A stretch of 64,000 bases of DNA from Octopus bimaculoides (lineage: Eukaryota), in NCBI RefSeq assembly GCF_001194135.2, contig NC_068989.1:88786252-88850251 (forward strand), written 5' to 3'. Positions 25,395 through 34,500 of this stretch are shown in pieces; positions within the stretch are counted from its first letter, which is position 1; each line of letters begins with the position of its first letter. The notes beneath the pieces are model-generated. The model was not told the DNA's origin. It saw only the letters and a list, made by a program, of their open reading frames with translations, and searched no databases. Position numbers and translations under genes: made by a program.

Positions 25395-28300
25395 CGCTTG
25401 TCTTAACATTGTGCAATGTATCACACCTTGGGGATACATGGCCATGGGGAAATATTACTTGGAGGCAAGTGCGGGTTGGTGACAGGAAGGGCATCTGGTT
25501 GAAGAATGCCTCAATAAATTTTATTTGTCTCTTGCAAGCATGGAAAATTGGGCATTAAAATGATGATGATGATGATGATGATGCATGTATCACAAGCCAT
25601 CTTTGTCTATGTATTTCAACTCCTCAGTCACCGAGGAGTTGAAATAAGATTGAGACATGCCCACAATTCTCACTAACATGAGACTTATAACAAAGGCATT
25701 GCTCACATTCCATTTTAATTAATTTCAACTAAGATTCTGGAACCATTTCCCCTGCCTTTGTTAGCAAGAATTGATCATTAAGCTAACGATTCTTTCACCA
25801 TACCACAGCTGCAAATATAATTAAAATTTCTTGTTTCATTTCAGTAAGCCCTTCAGCACTGACTTTGCCATGTCATGACTTTATTCACATATATTTTCAA
25901 AATCAATGAGTAAAAATAGAAAATAAATACACACAGACACACACACCCTGCGCTTTTGTATATAAAAAGAAAACAAGAAAAGAAATAACATATTATGACT
26001 CGGGGGAAATTTGTAAACCAAATAATTTCAATGTTATTTTTATTTTCCACATTTTTAGGTGACAAAAATATATTGTAAGCACAAAGTGAAAGTTTATCTT
26101 ACAAAAAGAATTACCAGAAATGTATTTTAAGCTCTAAACAATAACTTTTATATGACACAACAGGGCTGATATTGTCAAATATATATATATAAGGCTATTT
26201 CATTTTGGAGCAGAAGGGGACACGTCATTGAGGAGGCCATACATGGCAATGAAAGGACTTTGGCAAATACAACTGATTGATTGATTAACCAAATGACAAA
26301 TAATAATGAAGTAAAACTGAACCAGTGGGTGTGTTTCTATGATTGGCTTTGCTCATCATGCCATCATCGTCCAGACACTCCTATCTGAATCATATCTCTT
26401 TCTCCCATCATCCTTGTCGTATCCGTGGAGGCACAATGGCCCAGTGGTTAGGGCAGCGGACACGCGGCTTCAATTCCCAGACCGGGCGTTATGAGTGTTT
26501 ATTGAGCGAAAACACCTAAAGCTCCACAAGGCTCCGGCAGGGGATGGTGGTGAACCCTGACCACAACTCTTCCACCACTACTTTCTCTCACTCTTACTTC
26601 CTGTTTCTGTTGGGCCTGTAATTCAAAGGGTCAGCCTTGTCACATTGTGTCACGTTGAATATCCCCGAGAACTACGTTAAGGGTACACGTGCCTGTGGAG
26701 TGCTCAGCCACTTGCACGTTAATTTCACAAGCAGGCTGTTCCGTTGATCGGATCAACTGGAACCCTCGATGTCGTAAGCGACGGAGTACCAACAACAACA
26801 ACCTTGTCGTATCCAACCCACCCCAGGTCCTGCACTAATCCCCATATCATGTCCTCCCTTTCCAGAACATCAACCATTTGAAATTCTTTCCCTGCTCCTA
26901 CTTTTCTCTTTCAAAGGTTCAAGAAAATAAATGGCATTAGTCTCACCAGTTTAAGAGAGCTTGTCACGAGCACTGACCCTTTCTCCAGAACCAGCCAGAA
27001 AAAAATAAATAATTAAAACATTAAAATAAACTCTATTAAACTTCAAACACACAAATAAAATTGCTAAAAAAATTCTCTTTTGACAACTGCTTACTTCCCC
27101 TTTCTAACTCCAAATATCAAAATTGGAAGCAGACATCATGTCACTAATTAAATATTGAAATTCGAAGCAGGTGTCATGCTAATGTACTAAATTATTCAGT
27201 AATCCATGAATAATGAATGATATTAATACAATTGCTGTGGTGTGTGTGTGTGTGTGTGTGAGGAGGGGGGTTACTTTCATAGAGTCAGCATTAGTATCTA
27301 AACCATACACTTCACATTGACCTGAAAGAAATAAGAAGGTACGTCCCCCTCAAATCTTACTCACCCACCTTAAAAAAAACAGAAAAAATAAAGTCGGGAT
27401 ACATTGAGCGATATTGCCCGAGATACACTATAGCCGCAAACAAGTCAGGATGGCCACATCTGGAATACTTTTGATCGTAGGCCTGTTCAATCAGGTCTGA
27501 TATTTGGAGCAGAATAACAATTAGCTGAAACGCTAGCATTCTCTTTGCTCCAGTTGCATTCTGCTCAACACAGATAACACACACACACACCTTTTGACTA
27601 GCTTCATTCAGTAGGTCATGGCCATGCTTGGGCAGTGCTATTAATGTATTCATCTGTTATTTGTTGTGTTAAATGAGGATAATTGAATATCATTTTGGAA
27701 ATACCTACTCATAAATGAATTACAAATCTTCCTAGAGCTATTGTGTAGTAATCTGACAACAACACAGGACTAATTACTCCAGTCTCCTGCTTGGGAAAGT
27801 TCTTTATTATGGACTTAGGCTAATGAAAACCGATTGAATGAATTTGGCAGAAAATGAAAAAAGCCCATCATGTGTGTGTGTGTGTGTTCTGAGTTTAGTC
27901 CTACAATATGCCCCCAACCACCAACCCATCAGAACTATAAGCAATAAACTACATTAGTCAACAGATGCAAACATAGCTGCATGGTCACAAAATTCAATGG
28001 ATTGACTGAAAAGGCGAACATCCTCAAATTTTCATCAACATAAACTGCTACAGGTGTAGCTGTGTGGTCAACAAACTTCCTTCCAAACCACTTGGCTCCA
28101 GATTCATTCTCACAGTATGACACCTTGTGCAAGTGTCTTCTACTATAGTACATCATCATCATCATCATTTAACGTCTGTTGCCCATGCTGGCATGGGTTG
28201 GATGGTTTGACTGGGCTCGTCTGCTGGAAGGCTGCACCAGATTCCAGTCTGATTTGGCAAGGTTTTCTACAGCTGGATGTCCTTCTTAATGCCAACCACT

Positions 28301-31300
28301 TCAAGAGTGTAGTGGGTGCTTTTACACGCTACCAGCACAGGTGCCGTGTGTGTGACACTGGGGTGTGTCTATGTGCCACCAACACAGGTACCAATTTGCA
28401 TGACACTGGTATCTGCCACGACTGTGATTTTGCTCGTCTTGATGGGTCTTCTCAAGCATGACATAATGCCAAAGGTCACGGTCATTACCACTGTGAGGCC
28501 CAACACTTGAATGAAACTCAGCCACTTTGCCTCTGTCAGGCCCAACATTCAAAAGATGTTCTTTACGTGTCACCAGCACGGGTGCACTTGGCTTGACGAG
28601 TCCTCTCAAGCACAGCACATCACCAAAGGTCTCGGTCACCAGTCATTGCCTCTATGAGGCTTGAAGTTCAAAGATCATGCTTCATCACCTCATCCCATGA
28701 CTTCTTGGGTCTACCTCTACCACATGTTACCTCGACAGTTCGAGATTGGCACTGCCTTACACAGCTATCCTCATCCATATGCATCACGTGACCATACCAA
28801 CTTAGTCGTCTCTCTTGCGCAACACATCTGATTCTTCTTATGCCTAACTTTTCACTCAAGATGCTTACATTCTGTCGTTCATGGACACTGACATTGTACA
28901 TCCAGCAAAGGATACTGATTTCATTTCTCTCAAGCCGACGCATGTATTTGCCCATGTTTCTCATTACCATGCAGCATAGCTGTTCACACACAGGCATCAA
29001 ACAATCTGCCTTTCACTCTGAGAGAGGTCCTTTGTTACCAGCAGAGGTAACTCTCTAAACTTTGCCCAGCTTAATCTTATTCTCACAGCTATGCTCTCAA
29101 AGAATCCACTTCCACTACTAACTTGGTCACCTAGATAATGAAGGCTATCTACTACCTCTAGCTTGGTTTCTGCATATTTTTGGTATTTATTGTATCTGTG
29201 CACCTTCCACATACAAATGTTAATTTCCCTGTTAACCTTCCTCTCATGTTACTGCACCTTTTATGTGTCCACACACACACCTTGTGAGTGGATTTGGTAA
29301 ATGAGAATGGAAAGAGGCCTATTATGTGTGTGTGTGCATGTGTGTGTGTATAAAAATCAAAATCAAAATGGAAATTGTAGTTGTGGCCAATGCCAGTGCT
29401 GCCTGACTGGCACCCGTGTCAGTGGAATGTAAAAAGCCCCATTCAAGTGTGGGTTGATGCCAGTGCCACCTGACTGGCTCCTTGTGCTAGTAGCATGTAA
29501 AAGGCACCATCCGAACATGGTTGATGCCCCCCCACAACTGATTGGTTCCTGTGCCGGTGGATTGTAAAAAGCATCATCCAAACGTGGTCTATACCAGTGC
29601 CACCTGACAGGTTCCCGTGCTGCAGGCACATAAAAGCACCCACTAAGCTCTCGGAGTGGTTGGCGTTAGGAAGGGCATCCAGCTGTAGAAACCTTGCCAG
29701 ATCAAATTGGAGTCTGGCGCAGCCTACTGGCTTGCCAGTCCCCAGTCAAACTGACCAACCCTCGCCAGCATGGAAAACGGATGCTAAACGATGATGATGG
29801 TGATGATGATGTGGCTATTTGCAATTTAGAACCGAAAGGCAACAAGTAAAGTTGTTACTAGAGCAATATACACATGTATATTAGTTGGTGTCTCCTTGTC
29901 TTGACATCATGCGATTGCTGTAAATGAGTGTCACCATCATACATGCAGTGTCCTTTGTTTTCAAAAGTCCATGAAAATATGTCCAGCCATTGGAAACAAG
30001 GGTTGGCAACAGGAAGGGCATCCAGACATAGAAAACCTGTCGCAACAGATTCCGTCAAACTGATGCAAGAATGGAGAAGAGGACATTGTAAAAAAAAAAT
30101 AAATAAATAAATAAATTGGTGTCCATTCTCACCATCACTCGTCAAAAGCAGTGCAAACCACTTGTTAATTGTTTTCCATGACAACATCTATAAATATCTG
30201 AGCACTTGTGTGTGTGTGTGCAAGTTAAACATCATGTTTACAATTTCAATACAATAAATTAATTATATGAGTGCATTAGTCAATTAGTTATGTGATTAAT
30301 AAATTATATATTAAGCGTTTATATTAGAGCCAGTACAGTAATGCAGAAATCTGCAAAGCACTTTGCAGATTTTTAAAAATATTATTCCAAGACATTACAA
30401 AATGTACATTAATGCTCAAGTGTCTTGTTCATAATTTGGTTATTCACAAGAATGCACAAGAAGAGGAGGTAAACAACAATTGGGAATAGCTGATTGGACA
30501 TTGAACCTGTTTTGGTGATAACACTTTTTTGGACAGGAGGCAAACACCCACAAACACACATCATCATCCTCATCGTTTAATGTTTGTTTTCCATGCTGGC
30601 ATGGGTTGGATGGTTTGACTGAGGTCTGTAGAGCCAGCAGCTGCACCAGGCTCCAATCTGATTTGGCAATGTTTCTACAACTGGTTCGTGTGTCACATAG
30701 CTAGCTAGAGTCGATGGCCTCTTGGAGCTAATCAACGGCAGCATTCGTCCTATGTTATGGACTGCCATGCTGGCTTGGCGATAACTATTGATATCCAGTA
30801 CCGCTGCCGTAGTCTCTGTTAGAGAAACTTAGAAATATTAATATTTCTATTTTATATAACAGATATGAATATACACATATACATACATGTATATATGTGT
30901 GTGTGTGTGTATTATATATATATATATATATATACATACACAGACAAAAAGATAGATTGATAGATACAACTGAGTGGGCAAACAAAACTATGAGACACTG
31001 CCTAGTGCTTTTTTTTTATTTTGATAAGCCTGGTACTTATTCTATCAGTTTCTTCTTGTGAAACCAGTAAGTTATGGGGATGTAAATAAACAAACAGCAG
31101 TTGTGAAGTAGTGATGAGGGAGAAACACAGAGACAAAGACACACACATATATACATGCATATATATATACGATTGATTTCTTTCAGTTTCTGTCTACAAA
31201 ATCCACTCACAAGACTTTGGCTAGTCTGAGGCTATAGCAGGAGACACATGCCAAGTCACCACACAGTGGGACTGAACACAGGACCATGTGTTTTGGAACC

Positions 31301-31423
31301 AATTTTCTCACCACACAGCCACACCTGCACCTATGTATGTGTGTGTGTGTGCATGTATATGAGTGTATATATGTGTACATATTACATCTATATATATACA
31401 TGTATACATATACAGCTAAACAT

Positions 31424-31506
<83 letters not shown>

Positions 31507-34500
31507 CACATAACATATATTATATATATGTAAGAATGTATATATGTATGCCTATGTGATATAATAGTTTCACTTTAATAGTTTCAGTATTAAAGTGAAA
31601 ATATCTGACATTACAATAGAGAGATGTTATTGTTTCCCTTTTGACACGTAATACTGCAATAGTGGAGGAGATGTGATATTGTACTGGGCTCGCACTAGGC
31701 AAGAAGTGAAAATTTTTTTTTGCCTAAAACACTACATGGACCCTAAGTAAGGCATGTGTAAAATTTGAATGAAATTAGTTATGTAGTTCTCAAGTTTTAG
31801 GGACAGGCACACATTCTTATCTATATATATAGATTACTCGCAGCATTTGACGAAATAGATATAGCTTCACACGATGTGGAAGACAACTGGAGTTTTCTAC
31901 GGGACAACCTGCTCAGGGCCAATGACCAGATCTGTGGATGGTGCAAAGTCCCCTCTCGACCCAAAATAACATAGTGGTGAAACAATGTTGATGTTGCTCA
32001 ATAAAGAGAATGAATGGGAGAAAGAGAGTCTGCCGAATGTCAACCCAACAGAGGGACCAGCTATCTGAATTGACAGTACCTTGGTAGATAAAGCAATTAA
32101 GTGTATGAAGACAGGGAAAGCTCCCAGCCCATCAGGAATCAACGCAGAGATGCTCAAAATATCTGGCGGTGTTGGCTATAGCTTAGTCACTCGTATAGCT
32201 AACCAGGTGATACACGAAGGAGTCATACCCAATGACTGGTGTTAATCCCTTTGTCTGTCCTTGTTTGTCCCCTCTATGTTTAGCCCGCTATGGGTAATAA
32301 AGAAATAAATATTTTAAAATGAGTGGATCAGAGTTGTTAAGTTTTCTGGATTGCAAAGCAGTGTGTCTAAGTGAATCAAGATGTTATTAAGGGGTAAAAG
32401 TGAGTTTAAAATGACAGTGGTGCACTTCCCTCACTGATGCTAAGAAGAAAATGGTTTGGAAATGTTATGATGAGAGGCTGGTGACTGTGATGGATATGTG
32501 GGAAGAAACAGGTTTACTCCAAATATATCCATCTGAGGGACCAGCTAAAATAACTACTAAGGATATGAAGTTAGGAAAAGCTGCTACCCCTGGTAGCTAC
32601 TAGGTAGGGCTCAAATTAGTCATTTGCATAGGCAATTAGGGAGTTCAGGCTGTAATACTGAATGACTAGCCTAATGTTATCAACAAGTGCTACAAAGGCA
32701 AAGAAGAAGCCCTAGAAAGAAGCAGCAACTGCAGAGGGATCAAACAGATGGACCAAGTTATGGGCTACTACTGATGCCTTCTCCCTAGAAAAGGGACTGC
32801 AAAAGAACTTCTTAGCTAAGACTGAGACCTTCTATCGAGCTTTTATAGACCTGTGATACAATACCAAGCACTGTAATCTGCTGGTCATTAAAAAAAACTA
32901 AGTGTAGATGAATAGCTTGTGAGAGTAGTGCAAGGCATGTAGAGAGAAGCAGTCAGTAAAGTGAGAAATTTTGTGACAAGGTAGGCGTTCAACTCTTTAG
33001 CATTCACATTATTCTCTCAAATGTAATACTTGTTTATTCTTGTTGTTTTGAACCAACCATGTATTATCTTGTAGCTTCAAGATTTCAATGATGTGACTGT
33101 TTTAGCATTATGTCGTGCTTGAGAAGAAGACCCATCCAGCTGAGCAAAATTGCAGCCGTGGCAGACACCAGTGTCATGCAAATGGCACCCGTGCTGGTGG
33201 CACGTAAAAGCACCCATTACACTCTCAGAGTGGTTGGCATTAGGAAGGGCATCCAGCCATAGAAAACCAGACTGGATCCTGGCGCAGCCTTTCAGCGTGT
33301 CAGCCCAGTCAAACTGTCCAACCCATGCCAGCATGGAGAACGGACGCTAAACGATGATAATGAAGACATTGTAGGGTAGGTGTGAGAGGTCAAATCTAGT
33401 AAGTTTGAACATAAAAGAAACTATTTTGGTTGGATATGGCCAGTTTAAGTGCTAAAGGGCTATTTATTGTGGTTCTCCAGGCCATAAAAGAAGAGTTTAA
33501 GACTGGATGTCCATGGAAATCCTTCTATAGGCTGATGAGTTAGTATTTATAACTGTATCAGATAGAAATCTGAAGAAATTCCAGACATGTAAGCAAAACC
33601 TGGAAGTAAGAAATTTTCAAAGTAAAACCAGTGAAGAACAGGATCCTGCTGCCATAAGGAAAATGGTTGTGTTCAATTTGCAGAAAAATATAAAGTAGGA
33701 ATTCTATATGGTGAACCCAATGTGAACTATGACAGCACAAGATGTCACGGGATCACATGGACAAGTACAAGTGACTAGATATGAACTATCAAACTCATAG
33801 AGTGTTATCTAGGAGCATACAATTTAGTCTCATATGCTCTCCTGCAGTTAGTAGTTTTTTTTTTACTGTTAGTCAGGGATGGGGGGGGGACAATGATCAC
33901 AACTCTTTATTTTATAGGGTCTTCAAGACTAAACAGGAGGAAGGAAGACCTTAATCTCAAATTTGAGACCTGGTTTTAAAGGCTTGTAAAAGCGTGAACA
34001 CCACTGAAGATGCTAGGTGATGGTGCTAAACCAGGTAACAAATTAATCTACCATCCAAGAGCCCAGAATGCAAAGAACCAGAAATACAGCAAAGCATCTC
34101 ATCCAATGCTGTAACCATTCCGTATGTACACCACACTGGACTGGTACCTATATTATCAATATCAAAGAGATAAAAGGCAAAGAAAGTCAAAACAAATACT
34201 GCAAGCCCCGCCCTCTCTTGTTATGTTTCAATGACTTGACCAATTTGTTAAAATGACAAAAATAAATGAATAAACAGGATGAAATGTTTTTGAAGTTTAG
34301 AAACCAACCTCTAACTCTACTTCTGCTCCACTGTCCACCTCAACTCGAAGTTCAGATAAAGGTTCAAGCTTGTACTCTTCTGTGTGTGTAGTCTGAAAAG
34401 AGAAAAAAAAAATTAATACTTTGCTAACTTCTTTACTGTGTTCTATTAGATCTAGATCAGGTGTTCCCCACCCCCATTGGATCGCGAAGCCTAAGCAGGG

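Noticed and set aside
29383-29640. Regularly spaced repeats as a CRISPR array
   Set aside because: Eukaryotic DNA; units are contiguous diverged tandem copies without unique spacers, and there are no cas genes.
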